A stretch of DNA of 64,000 nucleotides from Cycas panzhihuaensis (GCA_023213395.1 CM041465.1:87489741-87553740), one strand, 5' to 3'. Numbered from the stretch's first letter, positions 13,601-28,147 are shown. Program-made: numbers and translations. Notes: a model not told the origin generated them from the letters alone.

Positions 13601-13647
13601 TCAAAAGCTTTGAAACAAATTTAAATATGTAATTTCACTATTGTTGT

Positions 13648-13889
13648 ATAACATCATTTAGTAGGCATTATAGCAAATGGAAGTGTGCAATCACTCCTTG
13701 TAGCATAACATCATTTAATAGGTGTTTAAGCAAATGAAAGTGTAGAATTATTGGCACTAGATTTTGATAAAGATAAATGAATGATTGAATTTTGAGGATT
13801 GAATGGGATTGACTTGTTCCTTAGGCATTAGATTTTGATAAAGATAAATGAATGAATGTTGAAGATGATATGGGATTGACTTGTTCCTT
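13648..13889. repeat. Two adjacent short tandem duplications (periods ~57 bp and ~71 bp)
   Basis: ATAACATCATTTA..AGG...GCAAATG.AAGTGT at 13648 and 13705; GGCA.TAGATTTTGATAAAGATAAATGAATGA...ATGGGATTGACTTGTTCCTT at 13753 and 13824. Confidence 0.85.
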
Positions 13890-14318
13890 TTATCCTTTTG
13901 AAAGTCTAAGGAAGGGAGGGTTGAGAGGTTTTGTGATGGATTCTTTATTGCAAAATAAATGATTGACATTTCCCCTTCTCTATAGGAAGAGTGGGGTATA
14001 TCCTTTTTCTTTGTTAATGTGTTTCTAAATATTTTTTTTGCCTTGTATTTGGTTTGCTTTTTTGTTTTTTTCTAAAATTTTCATCTCTTTTTTTAGTAAA
14101 ATATGTAGCCCATCATTTTCATCATTAGGGGCTCTTAAGGTTGGGCTAGTGATTTTTGTGTAGTCAGGGAATATATGGAGTAAAACTCTTCTCGTGTATA
14201 TTTCCCAACAACCTTGAAGATAGTGGAAGTTACGCTGTATAGTTACACTTTGTGTTGGAAGGGGTGTTTTTTAATTAAGCATGGGAAAAGAAGTTAAATT
14301 ATGGTGAACTAATATTAT

Positions 14319-14553
14319 ATTTAACAACCTCTATCCTCTCGTATGGTCTCTTGAAGAATGAGCGAAAGTAGTATGGACACCTATTTTTTTTGGCAAGGTT
14401 GCATTTAAATTAAAAGGGAAAGTTTTTTTCAATAGTTTCTTCTCAAACACAACAGATTTGGATAAGGTTTTATACGAAGGTCCCTAGTTCATGCGAGACT
14501 CGAATCTAGCCCTTCAACGATGGTCATCTATGTTTGATCTGAGTAACCCAGGG
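14319..14553 (+). repeat. Duplicate of LINE ORF1 segment 15177-15412
   Basis: ~235 bp direct repeat visible by eye, e.g. GATAAGGTTTTATACGAAGGTCCCTAGTTCATG in both copies. Confidence 0.9.
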
Positions 14554-17500
14554 CTGCACACTATTGCATGTGCTTGTACGAGACGTTTTCTCATTGATTT
14601 GCAACTGAGTTTCTTGGTTAGGAGACTAGACCTTGTATCAATGCTTTAGCTTTTCCTCCTCTTATCTAGGTTGCATGTTGTTGCGTGTCAATATTAGAGT
14701 TTGCATGTGTATTTTTCGCTTAGATTTGCAACCAAAGTCCTTGGATTATAGGTAAGTATTGTTGACCCTTTTAAAAATTTTCTCATCATCAGTTCTTTTT
14801 CTTTTTCTTTTTCTTTGTTTTTCTCTAGTCTTTAATCCCAATGGAGGTAGGCTTTGCTCCAATACAAAATAATAGGTAGGATTTGAGGCCCTAATCAATT
14901 TAGGCCTAAGAATCCCTTTAGGATTGCCTTAAAAGGAAATACACAACTTAGTTTATCACCATGCAATGAATAATCTTCTCAATGAAGTTTGTGACTTCTT
15001 CCTCCTCAATCCTCTTGCACTGGCATCTCAAGCCTAGGTTCTACAATTTGAGAACTAGAACAAGGTTACAGATGAGGACCTCTTAACCACATTATTGAGA
15101 ATGGTGGATTATGAAACAAATGCCATTACCTTCTCGATTGAGGACATTGAAAGCATCTACATGGAATTATTGGCAAATTTAACAGCCTGTATCCTCTCAT
15201 ATGGCCTCTTGTAGAATGGGCGAAAGCAATGTGGACACCTATTCCTTCTGGCAAGGTTGCATTTGAACTAAAAGGAAATGTTTTTTTCAATATTTTCTTC
15301 TCAAACACAATAGATCTGGATAAGGTTTTATACGAAGGTCCCTAGTTCATGTGAGACTTGAATCTAGCCCTTCAATGATGGTCTTCTATGTTTGATCCGA
15401 ATAACCTAGGGTTGTTAAAAATCTCAGTTTGGATCCATTACCGTTCTTGTTTGATGAGTTTAAAGAATGGGAACGTTTAGTCAAAATTGGCTCCATGTTG
15501 GGTAAGGTTATTAAGTTAGACTCGAACACCTTAGAGCACACTACCAGGGGGGTGGTAAAAGTGTGTGTTGAGTTAGATATAAGTGAATCGCTTAAAGAAC
15601 ACTTATTTATTAAAGTTGCAAATAGGTGAATCAAAATTAATCTAGACTATGAAAGAGTCTTGTTCAGATGCACTGCATGTCATAACATTGGACGTGTATA
15701 AATTTTGTCATCTATTTCAAGCGCCTCATACTTTAGATCCTTGGAGAGATGGAAGTCATTCTAGACCAAAGGCCCACTTCCTAGCTAGTTAGCAATAAGG
15801 TAAGCAAGGAGGAGCAACAATTGACAGGGAACAACTCTATTAACAATGAGGAAATTTTGCAAATTCATACTGAAATGAATACTCATAAGCAAAACATAGC
15901 TCAAGGCCAAGCAAGAGAAGAAGAAAGATGGACTCTAGTAACTAGTCGTTCATGAAACAAAGAAAAAGGTCACCTTGCGAGTGCATAGGATCTGCATGTA
16001 GATTTCAATGATTCTAGAGATCAACTTAAGAAAATGCTGAACATTGCTTTATTGATCCAAAGGCATACCTCTGAAATGGATGCAACCCCTATGTCAGGGC
16101 TCCCTCGAGACAACTCAGTTGATATGCTCATAGAGGAAGTAGAATCTTTGGATCATGTTTCAAAAACCCAATGGTCAAGATCTCCAAAGGAGAATGACTA
16201 TCAATTATAACAACGTATGCCCAATAATGAAGATACTCCACATCACATTTGATTTAAATCTCTAGCTTGCATCAATTCTGTCTAATGAAATGGACAAAAA
16301 TAACTTTTTAAGAATGGCCTCGAACATTAGGGGTATTGGTCTCCCCAACTTTCGCAAATGCAAAGCTACGTTTAGTTCGACAACATCATTCTCATTTTTT
16401 AGTTATGTTAGAAACTCATAGTGTTTGAAAGTGATATGTAGCGCACTATCCGTAGTATCTGGCCCTTGGCTCAATGGAAAGCAATTTTTCTAGTTTAACC
16501 CGTTGGAGGGCTTTGTATTCTAATAGAATAGCCAATGGAAGATGCTTCAATATATTGAGAGCGCTTTTTAGGATTGGATATGTTTGAAAATGGAAAAGGA
16601 TCAATTCGTTTGTTGGGTCATTGGGGTCTATGCCTCTACTAATGCTAGTGTCAAGCACGATTCGTGGCAAGTTTTGGCAGAAGCTCTAAATAACAATTAG
16701 CTAGATTAGGACCACATGTTAGTATAGGGGGATTTCAACTTTGTGGAATACCCTAATGAAAAATCAAGCAATAAATTCAAAAGGCCTTATCAAAGAGATA
16801 ATTCATTTTTTGCCAATCTTAAAGATGCCCTAGGTCTTTCCAAGCTTCTTTGGAAGGGCCTCGAATTTTACTTGGACCAACAATAGGCAGGGTAGCAGTT
16901 GCATAGTTGAAAGATTGGATGTAGTATGCATATCAAATTCCCTTAGCCAACTCATTGATCAATACCAATGTATTTTGATAAATGCAGCCATGATATCTAA
17001 TCATATGCCCATCAAAATTTAATTTTCCACAGGGGTTGGCTCCTCTACCAAAGGGAAGACAATTTTCAAATTCAACACAAGTTTGCCTAAATTGGAGGAC
17101 TTTAGGACTGGCTTGTAACAATGGTGGGAGGAATTGTATACCAACCCAGATGGTTTAAACAACCCTAGTGCTTGGTGGACGACGTTTATGAAGGGTCTCA
17201 AATCTTACATCAAGATGTTTAGTAAAAATCATAAATGCCAATTTGAGGAACAAAGGGAATCTTTGTTGATTACAATTCGTGTTATCTAAAAGGAATTTGA
17301 AGAAGGAAAAGGTTTGCCCAATCTCTAATTAAAACTTATTGACTTGAATGACCAATTTCTTTTAATGCAAAAACAAGAAGCAGAAAAATGGAGAGGTTGG
17401 TCCAATATTCAATGGAAGTTGCACTCTGACTAGAATTAAAAACATTTCAATCACTATTCTAAAACATTTCAACATTAATTGTCTCTTAAGTGCCTGCATG

Positions 17501-18850
17501 TCTTCCCTGCAGAGACCACGTATTCGCAACACAAAATTCAAGGGAAGATTTTTCATCACTTCGACAAATTGTGGACCACTAAAGGCTTCTCTATTGTTAG
17601 GGCCAAAGCCGCCCAAATCATTCTCTCTAAGGTGAATCTTATCCCTGAGGAGTGTAGCAAAAATCTAAATGACTCTCTCAGGAGATTGATTATTAAGGAG
17701 GAAAATATAGAAAATCATGATGAAGCTTTCCATAGGTAAATCTTCAGGTTCAGATGGAATGCCTGTGGAGCTCCTATTGGCTATAGACTCTGATGAGATG
17801 CCTAAACTTTTAGCAGGAGCAGAAGAGCTTCGTTGTATGGGTAAAACGCATCCAGCTATCAACGCAACCATGGTCTCTTTGATCATTAAAAGTGGTACTC
17901 TGTCCATTCATCAATGGAGTCCCTTAAGCTTTAGAAACACTGTGTATAAGATAATAGCCAAAGTCTTAGCTAATTGGCTCAAAGAGTTTCTTCCTCAGGT
18001 TGTGAATGAAAATCAAACAGCCTTCATAAAAGGTTGTCGTATAGTAGACAATATAACAGTGATTATTGAGGCTCTTTATACTATATAGACAAAAAGGCAA
18101 CAAATAGCCCTACTCAAATTGGACATTAACAAGGCTTATGGCATAGTGGAATGGGACTTTCTTTTAGCTAATCCCTTTTTGAAAGGGATTACAAAAAGAT
18201 CATATTAGTTGGTTCAAAGGCATGATCTCTTCGGTTTCAATGGCCATAAGAATCAATGGCTCAATCGATTGCCTCATTGATACTAGCAGAGGAATTTGCA
18301 ATGGATGCCCCTATTTTCTTATCTTTTTGTGATTGCCATAGACGACCTCTTTTCTCTATTAGTTTGGCTCCAATCTATGGGTCTTCTCTAAGGGGTTTCT
18401 ATTGATGGAACAAAGGCTACAATGCGCCAGATCTTTGCAGATGATACCACATTATTAGGCTATCTTTCATATAGAAATCAACATCTAGAGTTAAGTGTTT
18501 AGTTTTTTTGGTCTCACAATAGAGATGAAGATTAATCACAATAAATGCACTATTATTTTCAACGAAATAGATATAGAGGGCTGATCCACTTTGGTGACAA
18601 CCTTGGGAGTTCCAATCGCCCCTAGATCTACGATTTTCAAATACCTAGTTATCCATATAGGCCTCTCTAGATTAAAAATTGTTGATTGGCATTCTTATAT
18701 TTTAAAAATCAAGAAGAAGCTAGATGCTTGGATAACTAGATCTCTTAACGGAGTCTAATAGAATTGACCATGTCCCAAATGCCTAATTACTTAATGTCCA
18801 TCATTCAAGCTCTCAAAGTTGTGCTATTAGTAATTCGAAGTTTGTTCATT

Positions 18851-19280
18851 AGATTTCTCTAGAACGAAAGTGAAGTCCTATTGCCTAGTGAAGTAGAGCA
18901 CAATGTCTAATCATAAGGGTCGAGGTGGCCTTGGTCTCAAAGACCCTTTTATCATGGGAAAGGCGAGGGGTAAAGCGATTGTGGGACTTATGGAACAGAG
19001 AAAACGATAAATGGATTTGCATTATTCGGAGGACGTATTGTTTAGCGCTTTCGGCTAAAGATTTTTCTAGAAACCTTGGTCAACGGAAGCGAAGTCCTAT
19101 TGCCCAGTGAAGTGGAGCACAGTGTCTAATCACAAGGGTCGAGGTGGCCTTAGTCTCAAAGACCCTTTTATCATGGCAAAGGTGAGAGGGGCAAAGCAAT
19201 TGTGGGACTTGTGGAACAAAGGAAATGATAAATGGACTTGCATTATTAGGAGGAAGTATTGTTTAGCGCTTTCAACTAAA
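18851..19280 (+). repeat. ~210 bp tandem duplication inside LINE ORF2
   Basis: GAAGTCCTATTGCC.AGTGAAGT...TATTGTTTAGCGCTTTC occurs at ~18872-19052 and ~19091-19273. Confidence 0.9.
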
Positions 19281-20568
19281 CAGTAGCTGGCAGCTTCCAA
19301 CCATCTAAACAAAGGATCCATGATTTGGAATCACATGGTGGCAACTTGGGACAATCTCCACTATAACACTATATATTCTTCAGGATCAACATGTCTTCAA
19401 GTTAATTTTTGGACAGACAAATGGTTTCCTTGAGGGTTTTCTTTGTTAGTCAATTAGGAGGATTTCACTCCTTTAGCTTAGTTCTTCAGTTCTCATAATT
19501 GGCTTACTGTTGCTCAGTTCTAGGACTTTAATTAGTGTTGGTGGAAGGATTTTGTTGAACTTGTGATAGGGATTAATCTTCAGCCTAAACCTTTGCTCTT
19601 GCAGAACGTTGATAGACTCAAATTTTTTATACGGCAAATGGACCCTCTCGTTGCCTCAAAGGATCTAGAGGAGGAGGAAGGACTCAGGGTTATATAGATA
19701 GATATAGATGCTTTATTGTAGTTAACTTGGCAGGTAAAAGGAGCTCTTCAAGGCTTTTATTTGTGGGTAGTGGGAACGTAAAACTTGGAACTTCATTTTC
19801 TCCTCTTCTTTTCTCTCTCTTTTTCTCTATTTTTTAAAATCATTTGGTGCTTATAGGGTAGAGAAAATTTTACTTAATATTCCCCATGAGATACTTCAAG
19901 ATATACTTCATCTCAACTCATGTTTTCTAGCGATTTGAAGTCTTTTAACATTTTTTTTTTTAAATCATCAGAAAGCGGTTGGACTAGTTGTTATGTTGTC
20001 GGAATTCACTTAAAATCTTTTGAGTGCATATTTGTTATTTCATTGAGGTTGAGAGTTGTGTATGGAGAAGGGAAGATTGCCAAAAATTTTTGACATTGTT
20101 CCTCAAGGTATTACCTTTCTAACCCCCTTTTTATCAATTTCTTGCATTTTCATTATGCCAATAAGCACCTCTAATTGACTTTGTGCGTGAATATTTACTC
20201 TATGCCATGTTACAGAAGTAAATAAAAATTAAAAAACCGAAAAAAAATGGAAAGGAAAATACTCTCCTATTAAATACTTATTTGTTAACATGTTGGCATT
20301 GGGCAACAAAGATAAAGTGTTACTTTTATAAGTGTTATTTGGCGCTAAGTCCCCTACGTGTGCACTAGCGCACGAGGCAGGTGGTGGTCCTTCTCTTGTC
20401 GATGTTGCTCAAACAATGATAATGTCTACTACCTGAATTACGTTTATACAACTTTATCTATCTAAGACATTCGCACTAGCAAAGTTTGCATTAATAGAAT
20501 AATAAGAAATTGTTTTTTGTCATAAGTCCATTCGGTAGATTCGAATGTTGTCAAATTTTCTATACATA

Positions 20569-20628
20569 GTTTTTTTCTTCTCTTTGCATTCTTGTATGGT
20601 TTTTTTCTTCTCTTTGCATTCTTGTATG
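20569..20628. repeat. Perfect 30-bp tandem duplication
   Basis: GTTTTTTTCTTCTCTTTGCATTCTTGTATG x2. Confidence 0.9.
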
Positions 20629-20699
20629 GCGTTTGATAACTCATCCACCAAGTTGGCTTTATAAGAAAGAAACATTGGAGGGAAGGGCAACTCTTCATT

Positions 20700-23600
20700 G
20701 AGGTTGTAAGCGTATTTCAAAGTACCCCTCTTTGCCCCTTTCTTTTCTTTTGTTTTTATTTTATCTTTAATTTAAAAAAGAACTAACAAAGACAATTTTT
20801 GGCCTAGAAGGCCCTTTTATACTTCAATCTACTTTATTATAAAAACAAGAAAAGAGAAAGAACAAGGCTATTTCTCTTACCTTCCTTTGTTTACCTCAAA
20901 GAGACGAAACAAATAAAGGAAAGTGCTTCTCCAAATTTCTTTGTTTCTTACCCCTTTTTTTCTGTGCTACTTCTATTTTGAAAAGAGAGAGAAGAATAAG
21001 CGAGAGGGAGGAGAGTGGAACACTTCTTTTGCCCCCCCTTATTTCTTAAAAAATAGAAGCAAAAGAAAATAAAAAGATTAACAAAAGAGGGAGCGTGCTT
21101 TTATGTTTGTTTGTGCATACGTTAGTTTGCTTGTCCCTTTCTTTTCTCTTTGTTCATATAATCCTAATCAGGGAACCAAGAAAAAAAAGTAAAACAAGAT
21201 ACTTGCATCTTACAGGTGTGTTTGTTAGTGAGACTAAAGAGGGTACAGGGGTTGCATCTAGTGTGAGTCTCCAAACTTGCAAGCTCTTAGGTGTACATTT
21301 AATTTAGGTTGAGTATTGCTTGCATTGAAATCAAATAAGCATATAACCACATTATAACCGTGTGTTTTGATTTCTCCTTGTGACCCCTTGTTCGACCTGG
21401 ACTATTGTTTTTGCCTTTGTGATTGTGTCCAAGTAGCACACAGTGTCTACGAGAGAGTTTGCTCTCTCCCTTATTGGGCAAGAATCTCCTTTACCTTGGA
21501 TTTTTTGTAGAGTTGTATGAGAGGTCATCCTCTCTTACAGGTTACACTTTCTAGTGACCTTATTAGGAACTTGCCAGTTGGGAGGTTGGTGGTATACCAT
21601 TAGCCTTCTCTCGTATATTACACTTCAATATTCACTTTAGGGTGGCTCATTTGGTGCGGCCTTATTGAGTTTGTAAGTATTACTTGCCATCTTGTTTGCT
21701 TCCTAAGGTGACAAGTGCACCCCTTTGTTTGATCTTGCCTCTTACTTTTGAGGGTAGTCCCTTGTATGCCTTGATATTCTCGAAGATTACAAGGCCTTCC
21801 TTCCTTGGATCCTTATCCCTTGTCTCTTCACCCATCAAGTATACTTCGATGGTGGAGCAATCCCATCAACTTTGGGTCATTGACCCCTTTGCTACCCAAA
21901 CACCTGAGTGGTCCTAAAAAGTCAAAGATGCTTATGCCTTTCCTCCACACCACCCTATTGGAGTATATAGATCTTACCCACCACACAAGCTTGATTCAAT
22001 TTATCAAAATCCGGTAGGATCCCCTACACATATTATTGGAACCACCCAAGTGCAGTTTATTATGTCTTCATCTGAGCCATTGGCCTACACATCCTAGTAG
22101 GATCTATGACGCGTAGCCATATCATATCTCTAACTTATTCATACCTTGAAGAAGTCCTTCAAGATCATTACCTCATTGAAGGCATGCTTCAATGGGATTT
22201 CTTTGGGTTCAACATCTTCTACTCCTAACTTCTCTTGGATCACTCATATGTTTAACGTCATAAGTGCCGGACAAAGTGTACCTCCATTTGTATCTCAACC
22301 CCAACAGGAGGTAGCCATCCAAGTCGCTATGTCGTCCCTTCAAGCTATAGTTGCAACATCAACCCCTACCTTAACTAATACGAGATTGATCCTACCCTCA
22401 TAGTTTACCCCACTTGTCCTATCGACTTTGGAACTTCACTCATCCATCACCCAACCTTTTGGGGTTTGGGCAAACCCTACTATTCCACCTCATTTAATAC
22501 CCCAACAATTTATTGTTGGGGGTATGGCAAGTCTTATCCCACAATCTACTCAAATTGTGGTGGGGTGTACTCCTACCCCACATGTCTCAGTTGGATACAT
22601 ACCCAAAAAGTGGGGGTATGTTGGGCCTCAACCCTATCACATATACAATGTGAATTTGATTCATCTATATGGGATAGCCCCTCCATTTGGGGGCCTATAT
22701 GGTCAAAACCCATTTCAACATCCCTCTGTTTATCCTTCTCCTACACCTTTGAATATGATTTCTATTAAGAAACTCTTGTGTAAAGGGGAATGCCTCACCA
22801 AGGCCAAACCACTCTTAATGCATGGTAAACACCCACTTAGGTCGCTCAAACCCCTCTTACCTACACCTATTTCCCTAGGAACCCTAGGTGTAGAGGAAAT
22901 ATACCTCATGCAGCCAACCCACCTCTAGTTGGGGGCAATCCTTCAACCCGTTCAACCATATCAAGCCTACCATCAGGGGCCTCGCCTCTATGGTGCTATT
23001 GAAGGCCAATGTCCTTATGAATTACAACTTTTACCTATGGACTCATAGGCCCAACCTACAACATGCTCGTACGTTGACTATATGAGTAGTTCATTGTCCC
23101 TCGACGTGCTTAGGACCAACTTGTCACCGCATCCACCTCAAGTTCCTAAGTTGTTGGGACAACTCAACAAGATCCTACGAACCATGTTAAAGCTTTTACC
23201 ATGGCATGTATGGATTACTTACCCTATGATATTATGATGAAGTTATTCTTGCACTCCGTCCATAGGGATACTCTTAAATGGTTTTATTGTCAACCCCCAC
23301 ATTCTATTCACACCTTCCAACAACTAGTTGACACTTTTGTCAACTATTTTGACGTGCCTAGACCTTTCGAGAGTGGGGGCTAAGACCCTCCTCTCCCTTA
23401 AACAAGGTCCTAATGAGCTTAACAAGGATCTTGTTAGGCACTTCCATGACCTCCTTTATTCTTCTAAGTCCACATTGTCTGAAGAGTTGAAGTGAGATAT
23501 TTTTATTAATACCCTTCGTCCTAAGGTACATGTGGAAGTGCATAAAATGGGAGCCACCACATATGAGAGTGTGGTAGGCAAATACCTTGCCTCTGAGTCT

Positions 23601-26600
23601 ATTAAGATCCAGATGATAATCAAGAAGTTCACCAAACCAACCTAGAGACGTGAAGCTTCTACACAACCTAAAGGACTAAACTCCATGTTGATATTATCGA
23701 TAAGATTATAAATTCCCTTACTTGTGTCATTCACTCATTTGAAAGAACAATTTGAGACCTCAAGCTACAACTTAAGCCACTGAAATGTGTAATTTGTAAC
23801 TTCAAAGTCAACAAAACCATTGACCTATTCATCAAACTACCCAACAACCTTCTCAGCTTAAGGGTAATAAGGGAGATGCTCCCCTTGTTGTGAAGAAGTG
23901 GAGTTGGGTCCATTAGAGTTATGCCCATGATGACGATCAACATTGTACTCAACACCCAAAGCTTTTACCTCTTTGAGAGCCTTCTACACCTCTAACATTG
24001 AGGCCCAACCTTGATCAACAAATCTATAAGGATCCCTTCCTTCAACATCATGGTGGTTCTAAGTCTTGGGCATCAAAGGTTAAGGGCAAATCCCCATAGA
24101 CCCAAATTACCACTTTTCAACCAAGTGTTACATAATAAGAGCAATATTAGCCTTTGGCAAAGGCCTAATCCATCGAATTGGGAGAAGTTGGTGAACATTA
24201 TAATGCAAAGGGTAAGCGTATTATTGCCCACCCATTGTTACCTGAGTTCACGCAGCTTGGGAAGTTGACACTTCCTCTCTTAACCCTCAACCTATCGAGA
24301 TCCCTATGCTCCCCAAGGTTATCCTTGTTCATCTTAGTCGTTACAACATGAGGAGGGTGCTCCCCTAACCTACTTGTAAAGGGAAGCCCTTGTCCATTAT
24401 CGAGGAGCTTCAGTTTGTCTCTACTAGCATGTCCATGATGGATGTTTTATAAAGTTGCCCTGATCAATGACAGTTACTATTGAATGCGTTAGGACCTTGT
24501 GAGGTTAGTTCTATTTTTGTTAAACAATCAACTAAACCTCTTTTGTGAATTGACCCAGAGGAAGCCCCTTCCTCGGAGAAGATAAAGTGCCAACTCCTCT
24601 TCCCCTTCTTTATTAGCATTGAAACTCCTAATTGTGTCCTATAAAGGACGGTTTTTTATAATAGACCATCTATTAATGCCATGCTTGCCTGCTCAAAGAG
24701 TTGGGCATTAATGCCCTTAAGCCTTTTATTGAGGATATGATGGCTTCTCCAAGGCCCACTCAGGGATGGTCATCATTGCCCTTACCCTTAAGGATAAAAT
24801 TGTCCCCACTGAGATTATTGTCTTGGATATTGATGTGGATTAGAACCTCCTTCTAGGGACGCCATGGTTTAACCAAATGGAGGCTATTTGTTCCAATCCT
24901 TGGGGACAACTCAAATTTGTTTATAATGGAAAGATTCATACCATACAACACCATGAGTGGAGCCAATCTAACCCCCAATAACCCATACAAGCCAGTTTTA
25001 ATAATAAAAAGAACAAGGAAGAATTAGGTTCTTCGTTCTAGGATGAAAGACCCAAGTTTGACCATGGCCCAACCCTTCTCAAGTTAGACACGATTCACTT
25101 TGTACCTATAGGTGTGTGGCACTACATATATGTGGGTATCCTTAATGATCATGAGTTTGGTGATGAGGATGCCCTTGTGTAAACCATAAATATATTCAAT
25201 CATGTTGGGGATACCACTCCCCCCACCCTTGCACAAGACTCCTTGCCTTGACCCTTTCTCATACTTAACCCTGATATTGGTTCTATTGCAGGTGATGGAG
25301 TTTATTTTGGGAGATCCTCCCTTTAACTCTCTATGGGACATTTTCAATACTCATCATTCACCATCGACATATCTTTTTTAGTCCATTGGGCTCCCACACT
25401 AGGATGACTACCTTGAATAATCCCAACAACTCATAGATTTGGGCCATGATGCCAACCTTGATTTACTCCTTTCCCTCCCCCAAGTTGGCGATAAATTAGT
25501 GTTGGAGCAGAATTATTTATAAAACAATTGGGGCCTTGTCCAATTACTCAACATTGCTAAGTCCCTAACCATAACACTTCTTACTTTAATAGCAGGTAGT
25601 GGCATTGCACCACGACCATTGTCACTTGCACAATTACGACACATGATAACATCCTAACAACTTTTAATGCCTGTCACAATGTGAGAGGGTGCATTGGCCT
25701 ACATGGCAACCAACCCAAGTAGCACACCCTCGAAATGGCCAATTCCTTAACAAATACTACATTTGATGCCAAGGCACATCACCCCAAATAAAAAAGACAT
25801 AAATAGAATAATAATCTATAAAAAATTATATATTAGGAGATGTAAGTAGCCATGGATCTACATGGCCTCCTTCCCTTTTGGGCATGTCCCTTGTGCAAAT
25901 TACACTCCATGTTAATGTTGCCATACTATTGGTACTTTTATTTTGCTAGTTTTGTAGGGTACTCCTTGTGGCTCTAATATAAAATGTGCATAAATGCACC
26001 TATGAAAAATAAAATAAATAAAGAGATATATCCCATTACAAATGTAAACTTAGTACAACTTTATAAATAAAATCATCTCTGATATGTGATAAAACAAAAT
26101 GCATGATGATCATTGATTTGTTACACTACTGGCTATCCATGTGGTACACATATATGTATATCCATATATCTATATATCTAATGTAAACTTAAACTATATT
26201 ACATTTCCATAACCATAACATAAAACACGTCAAACTAATGGGGAGCTCAAGTCAACATCCTATTAATACATATACATCAGCAAAAATGGTGAGGCCATAT
26301 GTCAAGGGAGCTCGTGGTTATGTGAGGAGATATATAATGCTTAATGAACCATCATTCTCTCATCTCACCCTTATGGAACATGTTTACCTCTCCCAAAATA
26401 GTACAAAATACCTAGATCATGGATCCCCCTCTCATCCTCTCTAGGATTCCCCTTCCTTGGGGGATCCTTTACCCTCCATGCAAGATCGTCTCAATAGGAT
26501 TACTTGGCTCGCCTCGTCTTGTCTCTGTTGTCTCTCAGTCGTCCTTTGTGATGGTGTATGTGTACGCAATGATCTAGTTGCTATAATCTCAACCATTCAT

Positions 26601-28130
26601 TGTTAAGAGACACACACTCAATCCCCCTCCTTGATCAACTAGTCTCTGTTGTTTGTCATGTTATCTATTCAGGTCTGCAGTGTAACTGTTTGTACCTTTA
26701 CCTTGGGTATTGCTTATATCAGCGTTGCCATTGGGGTCACTTGGCCTTGAAGTTAGGCAATGGTCATCCTATTTACCCCCCACATCTCGAGGGCCCTCAT
26801 CAGGGGTGTGAATACTCCTATGTGTGGGCAGGCTAGTGTCGACAGTCCTGTGCCCTCTATGAAAAGTTGGCCCTCCTTTTACACCCGAGGTAGCAATAAG
26901 TCCAACACTGTCTTCATGAAGACACTTGTGAAGCACTCCAACTTTGCACCATAATATAAAGAAAAGGATCAATTTGAATATCATGTGAAACCAACATAAA
27001 CATAAATATAAATATAAAGCTAAACTTCATCATGTATGTGAAAGGAAGGGTGTAGGTTGAGAGTATACCCTTGACGTCATCAACACCTCTTACTGTTGCT
27101 TGCTTCTCTCCTTCCACGTCTCCAATTAGACACTTCTTTAGCCCTTGCTCTGGTGCAAATCGCTCTACAACTATTGGAACCTCCTTTGTTGCCTCGATCT
27201 ATTGTGGGGGCATTACTATGCCCCTACATTTAACATTTGCAAGCTCTTCTTCATCTAAGTCCTAGTAGACCCTCGTGTAAGAGTCCCGTATAAACCTTTA
27301 TACTGTGAGATCATCAAACGAGCTAGCATAAATACCCTGATTGGTCCCATGCTCCTAAACCTAGCAAGCCACCTATGGATCAGTGGGTCATCGATTGCTA
27401 TAGGTTGTGGCCCTCTGTGGAGGTGCCCTCCCATGCAGTAATTAAAAAATCAATGCTACATAAGGGAGTAGTATAGGGGCCCACTTAAGCCAGCCTCCCT
27501 GACCTTATCTAGTTGCCATGTCAAATTATAGTGAATCAAGTTGGCTTAGTTAAGCCTTTTCCTAGCCTTACATCATGACATGCAATCAAACCAACCTCCA
27601 AGGAATATTGAGTAAATGTGTCACATCATTACTCAAAATAAGATTACACATACTATGAGCTTCCACACTTGCGGAACTTGTGTGTGATCTTAAGTGCGTA
27701 GGAAGGTTATTCCCTTGCTAATCCCACTATTTGTCGTCATAGAAATATATGGCTACTGTTGTATACACCTCGTCATTGTTGGGCAAGGCTCCCAGCTCTG
27801 ACATTGCCCTTATATACGGTACTCCTAATATCCGTTGAATATCTCCATCACCTATTTGAGGCAAGTGAAATACTTGCCTTGCTTGGTCCTAATGGGACAC
27901 GATATCCACCAATAATAGTTGGTATGACAATATTGCTGTGAGTTGACCAACTGATATAATTCGTAATGCCTCAGAGTTTACTACATTGTGGCTCCTATTC
28001 CTGTGGTCAGGCAAAACATGGTTGGTCTAATATACTCCCTGCTAGTCACGACCAACATCACTTGCAAGTCACCATAACATTAGTTAGATATCAAATCACT
28101 TATAAACATACTCAAAACTAAACTCCAATT
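20700..28130 (+). mobile_element. Old, internally deleted Tat-type element, copy C (partial LTR, PBS, gag, PR, then 3' region with antisense PMD; no recognisable RT/RH/IN)
   Basis: Degenerate PBS TAGTGACCTTATTAGGAAC at ~21552; gag MACMDYLPYDIMMKLFLHSVHRDTLKWFY (23201); protease EIIVLDIDVD*NLLLGTPWFNQM (~24811); 3' region homologous to 53-56 kb. Boundaries approximate. Confidence 0.75.
26400..28050 (-). pseudogene. Antisense PMD/coiled-coil gene remnant of copy C
   Basis: Minus strand reads LLVDIVSH*DQARQVFHLPQIGD...GDIQRILGVP (~27815-27920). AT-rich intron-like stretch at ~26950-27068. Confidence 0.7.
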
Positions 28131-28147
28131 TGGAATTTACTTTATTT

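Larger units (their letters stand above)
14319..19650 (+). mobile_element. L1-clade LINE, degenerate (ORF1 DUF4283/zf-CCHC-like; ORF2 endonuclease and RT)
   Basis: ORF1: DLDKVLYEGP*F, KIGSMLGKVIKLD, YERVLFRCTACHNIG (~15650). APE endonuclease: NIRGIG (~16323), GDFN (~16728), FTW, RLD. RT: KSSGSDG, VYKIIAKVLANWLK, KLDINKAY, QIFADD (~18428). Both ends approximate. Confidence 0.9.

Noticed and set aside
20671-20693. miR482/2118-like or target-like stretch
   Set aside because: Only loose similarity; no precursor hairpin or NBS P-loop context.
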